From assembly GCA_030682835.1 (NCBI GenBank), contig JAUXNG010000085.1:6443-70442 (forward strand): 64,000 nt of DNA. The letters are read 5' to 3'. A program made the position numbers and the translations under genes. The notes beneath the pieces were generated by a model, which ran no database searches, was not told the DNA's origin, and saw nothing but the letters and a program-made list of their open reading frames with translations. This document shows positions 28,086 to 38,434 of this stretch, in pieces (position 1 is the first letter of the stretch; every line of letters starts with the position of its first letter). Origin of the DNA: Hydrogenophaga sp. (lineage in GTDB: Bacteria > Pseudomonadota > Gammaproteobacteria > Burkholderiales > Burkholderiaceae_C).

Positions 28086-28853
28086 GTGAATACCTTGCCC
28101 AGAACCCCTCCCATCGCAGAACAGGTGGCCCTTGTCACCGGCGCCAACGCCGGCATGGGACTGGCCACCACCGGCGCCTTGCTCGCTGCGGGCTACCGTG
28201 TGGCCGCCACCGATCTGCGCACCGAACAGGTCGCGACCAGACACGCCGACGCGCTGGCCGCGGGGCGTCTGCTGTGCCTGACCATGGACGTGAGCGACAT
28301 CGACGCGGTGCGCGCAGCCTGCGACCAGATCGAGGCGCAATGGAACCGCATCGACGTCTGCGTGAACAACGCCGGCTTTCTGCAGTACGCCGACTGCGAG
28401 CAGACAACGCCCGAGCTGTGGCACAAGACACTGCGCATCAACCTCGACGGGGTTTTCTATGTGAGCCAGCGCGTGGCCCCTGGCATGAAATCGCGCGGGT
28501 TTGGCCGCATCGTCAACGTGTCCTCCTACGGCGCCAAGACCGGAGGTCTGGCGCCTCTGCCAGCCTACGCGGCCAGCAAGGGCGCGGTCATCAGCCTGAC
28601 GTTCAGCTTTGCGCGCCAGTACGCAGCCTTTGGTGTCACCTGTAATGCGCTGGCGCCCACGTTTGTGAAAACGCAGATGCTGACCGAGCAGGTCAGTGCC
28701 GAGCGCCAGGCGCAGTTGCAAGAGATGATCCCGGTGCACCGCTTCTGCGAACTCGAAGAGTTCGCCCATGCTGTACTCTTCCTCGCGCATCCGCTCAGTG
28801 GCTTCATCACCGGTGAGGTGCTCGACCTGAACGGAGGGCTGCAGTTTGACTGA
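28086..28853 (+). CDS. SDR family oxidoreductase
   Basis: TGANAGMG, VNNAG, YAASK, ITGEVLDLNGG; GTG start after GGAG. Confidence 0.9.
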   Translation: MNTLPRTPPIAEQVALVTGANAGMGLATTGALLAAGYRVAATDLRTEQVATRHADALAAGRLLCLTMDVSDIDAVRAACDQIEAQWNRIDVCVNNAGFLQYADCEQTTPELWHKTLRINLDGVFYVSQRVAPGMKSRGFGRIVNVSSYGAKTGGLAPLPAYAASKGAVISLTFSFARQYAAFGVTCNALAPTFVKTQMLTEQVSAERQAQLQEMIPVHRFCELEEFAHAVLFLAHPLSGFITGEVLDLNGGLQFD

Positions 28854-30264
28854 GACCGTTCTGGGCAATGGGGCGCTGGACGCGATCCGCGATCGCATCG
28901 ACGTGCCCGCATACGACCGACAAGGTGCGCCCGGTGTGGTTCATCTGGGCCTGGGTGCCTTTCACCGCGCCCACCAGGCGCGGGTGTTCGATGCGCTGTT
29001 GCGCGCGGGTGACGACCGCTGGGGCGTGCACGCCTTTTCCATGCGCCAGCCCGCGGTGGCCGATGCCCTGGCGCGCCAGCACGGCTGGTACGCGGTGCGC
29101 ATGGGCAGCGCGGATGGCGACCGCTGGGTGCTCGGTGGGGCTATTTGGCGCACCGGCGTGGCGGCCACGGCCCCCGAAGAGGTGCACGCGGCCATCGCCG
29201 CACCCGCCACCCGCTGGGTCACCATCACCGTCACTGAAAAAGGTTATGGCGAGACGCTGAACGCGCTGCTCGTGGAAGGCCTGGCGCGACGCCGCATGGC
29301 TGACCTGGGCGGCCTCACCATTGCATCCTGCGACAACCTCGGCCACAACGGTGATCGCCTGCGTGCGCAGTGCCTGGCCGCGGCGCAGCAGCGCGATGCT
29401 GCTCTGGCCGACTGGATCGCGCAGCACGTGTGCTTCCCCAACAGCATGGTCGACCGCATCGTGCCGGCCGCCTCACCCGAACTGCTGCAGGCCGCGCAGG
29501 CACACCTGGGTGTTCGGGATGACGCGGCGCTGGGCACGGAAGCGTTCTGGGAATGGGTGATCGAAGACCGCTTCGCCGACCCCGGCGACGCCCAGGCCCT
29601 GGCGGCGCAGGGCGTGCGGGTGGTGGCCGACGTGGCCCCATTCGAAGAGGCCAAGCTGCGCATGCTCAACGGCAGCCACACCGCGATGGCCGCGATGGGC
29701 TCGGTGCTGGGCCTGCCTTGCATCAGCGATTGCGTGGCAGATCCCGACATCCGCGGCTTTGTGCACGGTCTCATGAGCGAAGAGCTTGGCCCCCTGCTGC
29801 AGCGCGCCGACTGGCCCGACTACCGTGACCAGTTGCTGCGCCGCTTTGCCAACCCCACGCTGCGCCACCGCGTGCACCAGATTGCCACCGACAGCTCGCA
29901 GAAGATTCCGCAGCGCTGGCCGCCCTCCATCCTGCCCCACCTGCAGCAAGGCCGCGTGCCCCAGCGCCTGGCCTTTGCGGCGGCGGCCTGGCTGCGCAGC
30001 CTGCGCGGCGTGGACGAGGCTGGACAGGCCTACACCATCGACGACCCGCTGGCCGACACCCTGCGTGCGCTGGCCCTGCGGCACACCGGCCAGCCCGAGG
30101 CGCTGGTGAAGGCCATGAGCGCCCACGACAGTGTGTGGGGAGAGGAACTGTCACGGTACCCGGGGTGGTGGGCCGCGGTCGCGCGCGCACTGTCCGACAT
30201 CGAACGCCAGGGCTTGATCGGCGCCTTGCGCGCCCTGAACCTGCCGAGCCGAAAGCCATCATGA
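28846..30264 (+). CDS. Mannitol dehydrogenase family protein (D-fructuronate reductase, UxuB-like)
   Basis: [60 protein letters not shown]. Confidence 0.88.
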   Translation: MTETVLGNGALDAIRDRIDVPAYDRQGAPGVVHLGLGAFHRAHQARVFDALLRAGDDRWGVHAFSMRQPAVADALARQHGWYAVRMGSADGDRWVLGGAIWRTGVAATAPEEVHAAIAAPATRWVTITVTEKGYGETLNALLVEGLARRRMADLGGLTIASCDNLGHNGDRLRAQCLAAAQQRDAALADWIAQHVCFPNSMVDRIVPAASPELLQAAQAHLGVRDDAALGTEAFWEWVIEDRFADPGDAQALAAQGVRVVADVAPFEEAKLRMLNGSHTAMAAMGSVLGLPCISDCVADPDIRGFVHGLMSEELGPLLQRADWPDYRDQLLRRFANPTLRHRVHQIATDSSQKIPQRWPPSILPHLQQGRVPQRLAFAAAAWLRSLRGVDEAGQAYTIDDPLADTLRALALRHTGQPEALVKAMSAHDSVWGEELSRYPGWWAAVARALSDIERQGLIGALRALNLPSRKPS

Positions 30265-31472
30265 AAATCACCGCTGCGCGCGTCATCGTCTGCTGCCCCG
30301 GGCGCAACTTTGTCACCCTCAAGATCGAGACCGACGAGGGGCTCACGGGCCTGGGTGACGCCACCCTGAACGGCCGCGAGCTTGCCGTGGCGAGCTACCT
30401 GCAGGAGCATGTGGTGCCCTGCCTGATCGGACGCGACCCGCACCAGATCGAGGACATCTGGCAGTACCTCTACAAGGGTGCCTACTGGCGCCGGGGCCCC
30501 GTGACCATGAGCGCCATCGCGGCGGTGGACACCGCGCTGTGGGACATCAAAGCCAAGGCCGCGGGCCTGCCGCTGTACCAGCTGCTGGGCGGGCGCAGCC
30601 GCAGCGGCGTCATGGTCTACGGCCACGCCACCGGCCGCGACATCGGCGAGACGGTGGACGAGGTGCTGCGCCTGCGCGACGCGGGCTACCTGGCGGTGCG
30701 TGCGCAGTCGGGCGTGCCGGGGCTGGACAAGGTCTATGGCGTGGGCAGTACGCCGCGATTCTACGAACCGGCCGACGGCAACTTGCCCAACGAGCACGAC
30801 TGGAGCACCGAGAAATACCTGCACCACGCCCCGCGCCTGTTCGAGGCGGTGCGCGACGCGGTGGGGCCTGATCTGCACTTGCTGCACGACGTGCACCACC
30901 GCCTCACGCCCATCGAGGCCGGTCGCCTGGGCAAGGACCTGGAACCCTTCCGCCTGTTCTGGATGGAAGACCCCACGCCGGCCGAGAACCAGGAAGCCTT
31001 CCGCCTGATCCGTCAGCACACCACCACGCCGGTTGCCGTGGGCGAAATCTTCAACTCGATCTGGGACTGCAAGGACTTGATCCAGCAGCAACTGATCGAC
31101 TACATCCGCACCACCGTGGTCCACGCCGGTGGCATCACCCACCTGCGCCGCATCGCCGATTTCGCCAGCCTGTTCCAGGTGCGCACGGGCTGCCACGGCG
31201 CGACCGACCTGAGCCCCGTCTGCATGGGTGCAGCGTTGCACTTCGACACCTGGGTGCCCAACTTCGGCATTCAGGAACTCATGCCGCACAACGAGCTGAC
31301 AGAGGCGGTGTTCCCGCACGCCTACCGATTCGAGAGAGGCTTCATGCACTGCGGCGAGGTGCCCGGGCACGGGGTCGAGATCGACGAAGACCTGGCTGCG
31401 CGTTACCCCTACCAGCGAGCGTACTTGCCGGTGAACCGGCTCAAGCACGACGGCACCCTGTGGAACTGGTGA
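30261..31472 (+). CDS. manD: D-mannonate dehydratase ManD/RspA (enolase superfamily)
   Basis: [48 protein letters not shown], terminal DGTLWNW. Confidence 0.92.
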   Translation: MKITAARVIVCCPGRNFVTLKIETDEGLTGLGDATLNGRELAVASYLQEHVVPCLIGRDPHQIEDIWQYLYKGAYWRRGPVTMSAIAAVDTALWDIKAKAAGLPLYQLLGGRSRSGVMVYGHATGRDIGETVDEVLRLRDAGYLAVRAQSGVPGLDKVYGVGSTPRFYEPADGNLPNEHDWSTEKYLHHAPRLFEAVRDAVGPDLHLLHDVHHRLTPIEAGRLGKDLEPFRLFWMEDPTPAENQEAFRLIRQHTTTPVAVGEIFNSIWDCKDLIQQQLIDYIRTTVVHAGGITHLRRIADFASLFQVRTGCHGATDLSPVCMGAALHFDTWVPNFGIQELMPHNELTEAVFPHAYRFERGFMHCGEVPGHGVEIDEDLAARYPYQRAYLPVNRLKHDGTLWNW

Positions 31473-31503
31473 GTCTGGTTCCCAGTTATTTGGAAGGCTA
31501 CCT

Positions 31504-33030
31504 ATGAACCCGACCCTTCGGCTCCATCCCGACGACGACGTCCTCATTGCCCGCAGCCAGCTGGTTGGCGGCCTGTTTGTGGAGGGCGTGAGCGTGCGCG
31601 GCCTGGTGCCGCCGGGCCACAAGCTGGCTGCGCGCGACATCGCCGCTGGCGCGCCAGTGCGTCGCTACAACCAGATCATCGGTTTTGCCACCCGCCCCAT
31701 CGCAGCCGGTGAGCACGTGCATGTGCACAACCTGGACATGGGCCCGGACAAGGGCGGCTTCGAGCGCGACTACGCCTTCGGCGCCGACCTCAAGCCCGAA
31801 GCCGCACACCGCCAGGCCAGCTTCATGGGCATCCGTCGCGCCAACGGACGGGTGGCCACGCGCAACTACATTGGCGTGCTCACCAGCGTGAACTGTTCGG
31901 CCACGGTGGCGCGCGCCATTGCCGAGCATTTTTCGCGCCGCAGCAACCCCGCCGCACTGGCAGCCTTTCCGAATGTCGATGGCGTGGTGGCGCTGACCCA
32001 TGGCACCGGCTGTGGCATGGCCAGCGACGGCCTGGGCATGGACGTGCTGCGCCGCACGCTGTCCGGGTATGCCACGCACCCCAACTTTGCCGGCGTGCTG
32101 GTGGTGGGCCTTGGCTGCGAAGGCAACCAGATCAGCGCCTGGCAAGCCGCCAGCGGCCTGGCCGATGGCACGCAACTGCACAGCTTCAACATCCAGGACA
32201 CCGGCGGCACCCAGCAGACCGTGGCCAAGGGCATCGCGCTGATCGAATCGATGCTGCCCCAGGCCAATGCGGTCGAGCGCACGCCCTGCGGGGCCGAGCA
32301 CATCCTCATCGGTCTGCAGTGCGGCGGCTCGGACGGCTACTCGGGCATCAGCGCCAATCCCGCGCTGGGCGCAGCCGTGGACCTGCTGGTGGCGCACGGG
32401 GGCAGCGCCATCCTGAGCGAGACGCCCGAGGTCTATGGCGCCGAGCACCTGCTCACGCGCCGCGCTGCCTCGCGCGCCGTGGGTGAAAAACTGATCGAGC
32501 GCATCCGCTGGTGGGAGGACTACACCCAGCGCAACGGCGGCGAAATGAACAACAACCCTTCGCCGGGCAACAAGGCGGGTGGCCTGACCACCATTCTCGA
32601 GAAATCGCTGGGCGCGGTGGCCAAGGGTGGCACGACCAACTTGCGCGCGGTGTACGAATACGCCGAGCCGGTGCGCGAGCGCGGCTTCGTCTTCATGGAC
32701 ACCCCCGGCTACGACCCGGTGAGTGTCACCGGTCAGGTCGCTGGCGGCGCCAACGTGGTGTGCTTCACCACCGGGCGTGGATCGGCCTATGGCTGCGCAC
32801 CGGCCCCCTCGCTCAAGCTTTCGACCAACAGCGCGTTGTGGCAGCGCCAGGCCGACGACATCGACATCAACTGCGGTGAGATCGTGGATGGCAGCGCCAC
32901 CATCGAGGCCATGGGCCAGCGCATCTTCGAGCGCGTGCTGGCCGCGGCCAGTGGCGAGCGCACCAGAAGCGAACAGCATGGCTACGGCCAGAACGAATTT
33001 GTGCCCTGGCAACTGGGCGCTGTGATGTGA
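31504..33030 (+). CDS. UxaA/GarD-family acid-sugar dehydratase (altronate dehydratase-like)
   Basis: N-terminal SAF domain (GHKLA, HVHN), VNCS, HGTGCG, GLGCE, LQCGGSD, NPSPGNKAGG, FTTGRG. Confidence 0.9.
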   Translation: MNPTLRLHPDDDVLIARSQLVGGLFVEGVSVRGLVPPGHKLAARDIAAGAPVRRYNQIIGFATRPIAAGEHVHVHNLDMGPDKGGFERDYAFGADLKPEAAHRQASFMGIRRANGRVATRNYIGVLTSVNCSATVARAIAEHFSRRSNPAALAAFPNVDGVVALTHGTGCGMASDGLGMDVLRRTLSGYATHPNFAGVLVVGLGCEGNQISAWQAASGLADGTQLHSFNIQDTGGTQQTVAKGIALIESMLPQANAVERTPCGAEHILIGLQCGGSDGYSGISANPALGAAVDLLVAHGGSAILSETPEVYGAEHLLTRRAASRAVGEKLIERIRWWEDYTQRNGGEMNNNPSPGNKAGGLTTILEKSLGAVAKGGTTNLRAVYEYAEPVRERGFVFMDTPGYDPVSVTGQVAGGANVVCFTTGRGSAYGCAPAPSLKLSTNSALWQRQADDIDINCGEIVDGSATIEAMGQRIFERVLAAASGERTRSEQHGYGQNEFVPWQLGAVM

Positions 33031-33046
33031 ACAAGGAAAGACCCGA

Positions 33047-34138
33047 ATGAACCAAGCCGAAGTCCTGATATCGCCTGAGCGCCTGCGTGCTGCTGCGGAA
33101 CGCATCGTGGAAGCCGCCGGCAGCTCGCCGCAAGAGGCGCGCACCGTCGCCCACAACCTGGTGCTGGCCAACCTCAGCGGGCACGACTCGCACGGCGTGG
33201 GCATGCTGCCGCGCTATGTGGACGCGGTGCTTGAAGGTGGCCTGCAGCCCGACGCGCAGGTGGCGGTGCAGCTCGACACCGGCAGTCTGCTGGTGCTGGA
33301 CGGCCAGCGTGGCTACGGCCAGTCGGTGGGTGAACAGGCCATGCACATGGGCATTGCGCGCGCGCGCCAGCACGGCAGCTGCATCATGACCCTGGCCCAG
33401 GCCCACCACCTCGGTCGCATCGGTCACTGGGCCGAAATGGCAGTGGCTGAAGGCCTGGTGTCGCTGCACTTCGTCAACGTGCTCACGCAACCCGCGGTGG
33501 CGCCCTGGGGTGGTGCGGACGGGCGCTTCGGCACCAACCCCTGCTGCATCGGTATCCCGGTGGCCGGGCGCGAACCTTTTGTGCTGGATTTCGCCACCAG
33601 CCGCGTGGCGCAGGGCAAGATGCGCGTGGCGCACAACGAAGGCCGCCGCGCGGGCGAGGGCTACCTCATCGACCCCGACGGTCACCCCACCACCGACCCC
33701 GGGGTGGTGGTGGTGCCGCAGGCGCCAGGTGCGCGCGGCAACCTGTTCGGCGCCTTGCTCACCTTCGGCGAGCACAAGGGCTACGGCCTGGCCGCTGCCT
33801 GCGAGCTGCTCGGTGGCGCACTCACCGGTGGCGGGACCTGGCACGGCCAGCACGATGGCCGGCGTGCGGTCTACAACGGCATGCTCAGCATCCTCATCGA
33901 CCCGCAGCGCCTGGGTACGCAGGAACACTTCGAACGCGAGACCCTGGCCTTTGTGGACTGGCTGCGGGAGGCACCGGCCGCGCCCGGCACCGAGGCGGTG
34001 CAGGTCGCGGGCGACCCCGAGCGGCGCCAGCGGGTGCAGCGCGAACGCGATGGCGTGCGCGTCGATGGCGGCACCTGGGCCGAAATCCAGCAGGCCGCCG
34101 CCAAGGTGGGCCTTGACCCTTCTTCCACCTTGAACTGA
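33047..34138 (+). CDS. Ldh_2-family malate/lactate/2-hydroxyacid dehydrogenase (YbiC-like)
   Basis: GHDSHGV, HHLGRIG, GTNP, LDFATS, HKGYGL. Confidence 0.87.
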   Translation: MNQAEVLISPERLRAAAERIVEAAGSSPQEARTVAHNLVLANLSGHDSHGVGMLPRYVDAVLEGGLQPDAQVAVQLDTGSLLVLDGQRGYGQSVGEQAMHMGIARARQHGSCIMTLAQAHHLGRIGHWAEMAVAEGLVSLHFVNVLTQPAVAPWGGADGRFGTNPCCIGIPVAGREPFVLDFATSRVAQGKMRVAHNEGRRAGEGYLIDPDGHPTTDPGVVVVPQAPGARGNLFGALLTFGEHKGYGLAAACELLGGALTGGGTWHGQHDGRRAVYNGMLSILIDPQRLGTQEHFERETLAFVDWLREAPAAPGTEAVQVAGDPERRQRVQRERDGVRVDGGTWAEIQQAAAKVGLDPSSTLN

Positions 34139-34145
34139 ACACACC

Positions 34146-35339
34146 ATGCACAGCTTGAACCTTGACCCCGCGCGCTGCCTGCCCGACGACGGCTGCGCCG
34201 GCACCTTGCTCGCCCGCGTCTGGACCACCGAGGGTTCGGTGCCCGGCCCCTCGGTGGCCGTGGTGCGCGACGACGGTGTCTATGACCTCAGCGCCCATGT
34301 CGCCACGATGAGCGAGCTGCTGGAGCAGCCCGATGCGGTGGCGCGTGTGCGCGCCATGTCGGGACGGCGCATCGGCAGCCTGGCCGAGCTGCTGCACCAC
34401 AGCGCCTCCAGCGCCCAGGGCTCTGTCACGGGCCCGCACCTGCTCGCGCCCTGCGACCTGCAGGTGATCAAGGCCGCCGGTGTGACGTTTGCCGCCAGCC
34501 TGGTGGAGCGCGTGATTGAAGAGCGTGCCGCCGGTGACCCGAGCCGCGCGGCGGCGATCCGCTCACAGGTGTCCGCTGCGGTGGGTGACGACCTTCGTGC
34601 GGTCAAGCCCGGTTCGCCGCAGGCCATGGCGCTCAAGCAGGTGCTGCAGCAGCAGGGCCTGTGGTCGCAGTACCTGGAGGTGGGCATCGGGCCAGACGCC
34701 GAGGTCTTCACCAAGGCCCCGGTGCTCGCGGCCGTGGGCACTGGGGCGCAAGTGGGCATCCGCTCGGACTCGGCCTGGAACAACCCGGAGCCCGAGGTGG
34801 TGCTGGTGGTGGACAGCCGGGGACGCATCGTCGGCGCCACGCTGGGCAACGACGTGAACCTGCGTGACATTGAGGGGCGCAGCGCATTGCTGCTGGGCAA
34901 GGCGAAGGACAACAACGCCTCCTGCGCGCTCGGCCCTTTCATTCGACTGTTCGACGAGGGCTTCACGCTCGACGACGTGCGCCGCGAAACGGTGGACCTG
35001 CGGGTCGAGGGACTGGACGGTTTCGTTCTCAAGGGTGTCAACAATCTGGCGCGCATCAGCCGCGACCCCCAGGACCTGGTCGACCAGACCGTTGCGGCGC
35101 ACCAGTACCCCGACGGTTTCCTGCTGTTCACCGGCACCCTTTTCGCCCCCATCGAAGACCGCGACCAGCCTGGCAGCGGTTTCACCCACAAGCTTGGCGA
35201 CGTGGTGAGCATCCGCAGTCCGCATCTGGGCGAGCTGTGCAACAGCGTCACCCACGCTGAGACCGCGCCGCCCTGGCGCTTCGGGCTTTTGGCCTTCATG
35301 CGCAACCTGGCAGACCGAGGGCTCTTCGTCGCCAGCTGA
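34146..35339 (+). CDS. Fumarylacetoacetate-hydrolase family protein (2-keto-3-deoxy-pentonate dehydratase, XylX-like)
   Basis: IKAAGVTF, QYLEVGIGPDAEVFTK, WNNPEPE, GNDVNLRDIEGRSALLLGKAKDNNASC. Confidence 0.85.
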   Translation: MHSLNLDPARCLPDDGCAGTLLARVWTTEGSVPGPSVAVVRDDGVYDLSAHVATMSELLEQPDAVARVRAMSGRRIGSLAELLHHSASSAQGSVTGPHLLAPCDLQVIKAAGVTFAASLVERVIEERAAGDPSRAAAIRSQVSAAVGDDLRAVKPGSPQAMALKQVLQQQGLWSQYLEVGIGPDAEVFTKAPVLAAVGTGAQVGIRSDSAWNNPEPEVVLVVDSRGRIVGATLGNDVNLRDIEGRSALLLGKAKDNNASCALGPFIRLFDEGFTLDDVRRETVDLRVEGLDGFVLKGVNNLARISRDPQDLVDQTVAAHQYPDGFLLFTGTLFAPIEDRDQPGSGFTHKLGDVVSIRSPHLGELCNSVTHAETAPPWRFGLLAFMRNLADRGLFVAS

Positions 35340-35382
35340 TTGCCCTCATCCCATCTCCTTCATCTCCAACCGGACCCGCATC

Positions 35383-36246
35383 ATGAAACTCGGACGCATC
35401 GGCCCACGTGGCCAGGAAAAACCCGCCTTGCTGCACAGCGACGGCACCTGGCGCGACCTATCGGGCCTGCTGGCCGACATCACGCCCCACACCCTCACCC
35501 TCGCCGGCCAGGCGGCCTTGCGCGCGCTCAACCCCGAGGCGCTTCCGGTGCTGCCGGCGGGCCGCGTGGGCCTGCCCTGGAGTGGTTGTGGCAAGTTCCT
35601 GTGTGTGGGCCTGAACTACGCGGACCACGCCGCCGAATCCAACCTGCCGATCCCGCAGGAGCCCGTGCTCTTCACCAAGCACACCAGCACCCTGGTGGGG
35701 GCCAACGACGCGGTGGTGCTGCCGCAGGGCTCGGTCAAGACCGACTGGGAGGTCGAGCTCGGCGTCGTCATCGGCACGAAGGCACGCTATGTGAGCGAGG
35801 TGAACGCGCTGTCGCACGTGGCCGGCTACTGCGTGGTCAACGACGTGTCCGAGCGCGAATACCAGCTCGAGCGCGGCGGCACCTGGGACAAGGGCAAGGG
35901 CTGCGACACTTTCGGCCCGGTCGGGCCCTGGCTGGTGACCGCAGACGAGGTGCCCGATCCCCAGTCACTCTCGATGTGGCTCGACGTGAACGGCCACCGC
36001 TACCAGAACGGCAACACCCAAACCATGGTTTTCGGCGTGGCCCACCTGGTGAGCTACATCAGCCGCTTCACCACGCTCTACCCTGGCGACCTCATCACCA
36101 CCGGTACGCCACCCGGCGTGGGTATGGGCGTGAAGCCCAACGCTGTCTACCTCAAGCCCGGCGACGAGATGCGTCTGGGCATCCAGGGCCTGGGCGAGCA
36201 GCACCAGCGCGTTTTCGCCTGGGATCCTGCCCTGATCGACGGGTAA
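35383..36246 (+). CDS. Fumarylacetoacetate-hydrolase family protein (2,4-diketo-3-deoxy-aldonate hydrolase-like)
   Basis: GPRGQEKP, GLNYADH, DWEVEL, NDVSER, WDKGKGCDTFGP, TGTPPGVG. Confidence 0.87.
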   Translation: MKLGRIGPRGQEKPALLHSDGTWRDLSGLLADITPHTLTLAGQAALRALNPEALPVLPAGRVGLPWSGCGKFLCVGLNYADHAAESNLPIPQEPVLFTKHTSTLVGANDAVVLPQGSVKTDWEVELGVVIGTKARYVSEVNALSHVAGYCVVNDVSEREYQLERGGTWDKGKGCDTFGPVGPWLVTADEVPDPQSLSMWLDVNGHRYQNGNTQTMVFGVAHLVSYISRFTTLYPGDLITTGTPPGVGMGVKPNAVYLKPGDEMRLGIQGLGEQHQRVFAWDPALIDG

Positions 36247-36251
36247 AGCGC

Positions 36252-37706
36252 ATGACCCATTTCTACGCCTACAACCCCCGTAGCGCCACGGCTGAGTCCG
36301 AGCCCTACGCTGAGTCCAGCGAGGCCGAAATCGACGCCGCCGTACGAGCCGCAACTGCCGCAGCGGCTGCCTGGGCCTCAGCCGGGGGCACTGCCCGCGC
36401 CGCCTTGCTTGAGTGCCTCGCCCGTGCGCTCGAAACCTCTCGCGAGGAACTGGTGTCCCTGGCCGACCGCGAGACCGCGCTCGGTGTGCAGCGTCTCAAC
36501 GGCGAGCTGGACCGCACGGCCTTCCAGTTGCGTCGGTTTGCCTCCCTGTGCCGTGCCGGCGGGCCATTTGAGGCGGTGGATGACCCGGCCGTGGGTGGAG
36601 CGCCACCGGCCGGGCACCCGCCCATGCGCCGTCTGCGTGTGCCGCTGGGGACGGTCGCCATGTACGCCGCGAGCAACTTCCCCTTTGCATTTTCGGTGCT
36701 GGGGGGTGACACCGCCAGTGCGCTGGCCGCGGGTTGCCCGGTCGTCATCAAGGCGCACCCCGGTCACCCCGCGCTCTCGCGCCGTACCTGGGCGCTGGCC
36801 CAGTCAGTGCTGGCCGAGCTGGGCCTGTCCACCGGCCTGATTGGTCTCGTGCAGGGCTCCAGCCCGGCCGTGGGCCTCGCCCTTGTGCGCCACCCGGCCA
36901 TCGCCGCCGCTGCCTTCACAGGTTCCACGCGCGGCGGCGTCGCGCTGTGGAAAGAGGCCCAGGCCCGCCCGGTGCCCATTCCCTTTTTCGGTGAGCTCGG
37001 CGCCATCAACCCGGTGCTGGTGTGGCCCGCTGCGCAGACCGATGAGCTGGCCGACGCCCTGGCCGCGTCCATCACCCTGGGCTGTGGTCAGTTCTGCACG
37101 AAGCCGGGCGTGATCGTGTTGCTGCAAGGGGCTGACACGGCCGCTTTCGTGGCGCGGCTGGGCACTGCGCTGGCGCAGCAGCAGCCCCACCCCATGCTGA
37201 CCGCCGGCATGCGCGAGGCCTTTGTAGCCGGCGTAAAGCGCCAGCTGGCCCATGGCGCCAAAACTCTGGTGCAGGAGGCCGACACGGCCCAGGCGCGACG
37301 TCCCTTCCTGGCCGAGGTGCCCGCCGCCACCTTCATTGCCGAGCCCGAGTTGCGCGAAGAGGTGTTCGGCCCCTCGAGCCTGGTCGTCCACGCGGGCGGT
37401 GCCGCCGAGGCCGCAGACGCCTTGCGCGCCCTCGGCGGCAGCCTCACCGTAACCCTGCACGGCTTGACTGACGATGCCGAAGGCCGTGCCACGCTGCAGG
37501 CAGCGATGGCCGTGGCCGGGCGCGTCCTGTTCGCTGGCGTGCCCACTGGCGTGGCCGTGACCGCGGCCCAGCAGCACGGCGGACCCTGGCCCGCCACCAC
37601 CGCGCCACAGACCACCTCGGTGGGCGATGCGGCGCTTGAGCGCTTCCTGCGCCCGGTCTGTCTGCAGGACGCACCCGACTGGGTTTGGAGGGCCTTGCCG
37701 ACGTGA
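36252..37706 (+). CDS. NADP-dependent aldehyde dehydrogenase (alpha-ketoglutaric semialdehyde dehydrogenase-like)
   Basis: ASNFPFAFSVLGGDTASALAAGCPV, FTGS, ELGAINP, GQFCTKPG, PTGVAV, TSVG..A..RFLRPV. Confidence 0.88.
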   Translation: MTHFYAYNPRSATAESEPYAESSEAEIDAAVRAATAAAAAWASAGGTARAALLECLARALETSREELVSLADRETALGVQRLNGELDRTAFQLRRFASLCRAGGPFEAVDDPAVGGAPPAGHPPMRRLRVPLGTVAMYAASNFPFAFSVLGGDTASALAAGCPVVIKAHPGHPALSRRTWALAQSVLAELGLSTGLIGLVQGSSPAVGLALVRHPAIAAAAFTGSTRGGVALWKEAQARPVPIPFFGELGAINPVLVWPAAQTDELADALAASITLGCGQFCTKPGVIVLLQGADTAAFVARLGTALAQQQPHPMLTAGMREAFVAGVKRQLAHGAKTLVQEADTAQARRPFLAEVPAATFIAEPELREEVFGPSSLVVHAGGAAEAADALRALGGSLTVTLHGLTDDAEGRATLQAAMAVAGRVLFAGVPTGVAVTAAQQHGGPWPATTAPQTTSVGDAALERFLRPVCLQDAPDWVWRALPT

Positions 37707-38434
37707 TCTTCTCGCGATCCCTGCAGCGCCAGAGCGCCTTCATGGAGGGCGTGCGCGACATGTTGCCCCAGGCCCCCGGCATCGCCGCCTGGGGTCTGAT
37801 GACGGGTGTGTCCATCATCAAGTCCGGCATGAGCCTCACCGAGTCGCTGGCCATGACGCTGCTGGTGTTCGCCGGCTCGTCACAGCTCGCTTCGCTGCCG
37901 CTCATCATCGCGGGCGCGCCGGCCTGGGTCATCCTCGCCACAGGCTTCTGCGTCAACCTGCGCTTTGTGGTGTTCAGCCTGCACCTGCGCCCCCACCTCA
38001 TGCACCTGCCGATGTGGCAGCGCCTCTCACACGGCTACTTCACCGCCGACATCACCTACGTCCTCTTCACCCAGCGCTTCCACCACGCCGGGCACACCAC
38101 TGATGAGCGTCGCGCCCAGGAGGCCTACCTGGCCGGGAACGGCCTGGTGAACTGGTGTTCATGGGTCGGCTCCGGTCTGGTGGGCGTGGCCCTCGCCAAC
38201 TTCATTCCAACGGCCTGGGGGCTGGGCTTTGCCGGCATCCTGTGCCTGGTCGGCATACTGTGTTCGCTCGCCTCGACCCGGTTGCGCCTGCTGGCCGCCT
38301 CGGTGGCTGGCGTGGTCGGCGTGGCGGCGTATGCGCTGCCGCTCAAGCTCAACATCGTCGCCGCCATCGCCGTGGCGGTGCTGATCGCGCTGACGGCCGA
38401 AAAGCTGCGCGCCCCCGGCAGGAGCCCCACATGA
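37703..38434 (+). CDS. azlC: AzlC-family amino-acid exporter permease
   Basis: VFAGSSQLA, VNLRF, multiple TM segments; GTGA overlap with upstream stop. Confidence 0.85.
   Translation: MIFSRSLQRQSAFMEGVRDMLPQAPGIAAWGLMTGVSIIKSGMSLTESLAMTLLVFAGSSQLASLPLIIAGAPAWVILATGFCVNLRFVVFSLHLRPHLMHLPMWQRLSHGYFTADITYVLFTQRFHHAGHTTDERRAQEAYLAGNGLVNWCSWVGSGLVGVALANFIPTAWGLGFAGILCLVGILCSLASTRLRLLAASVAGVVGVAAYALPLKLNIVAAIAVAVLIALTAEKLRAPGRSPT

Noticed and set aside
35340-36251. 788-aa ORF suggesting an N-terminally extended or fused aldehyde dehydrogenase
   Set aside because: The first ~300 codons are an off-frame overlap of the FAH gene; ALDH similarity begins at ATG 36252
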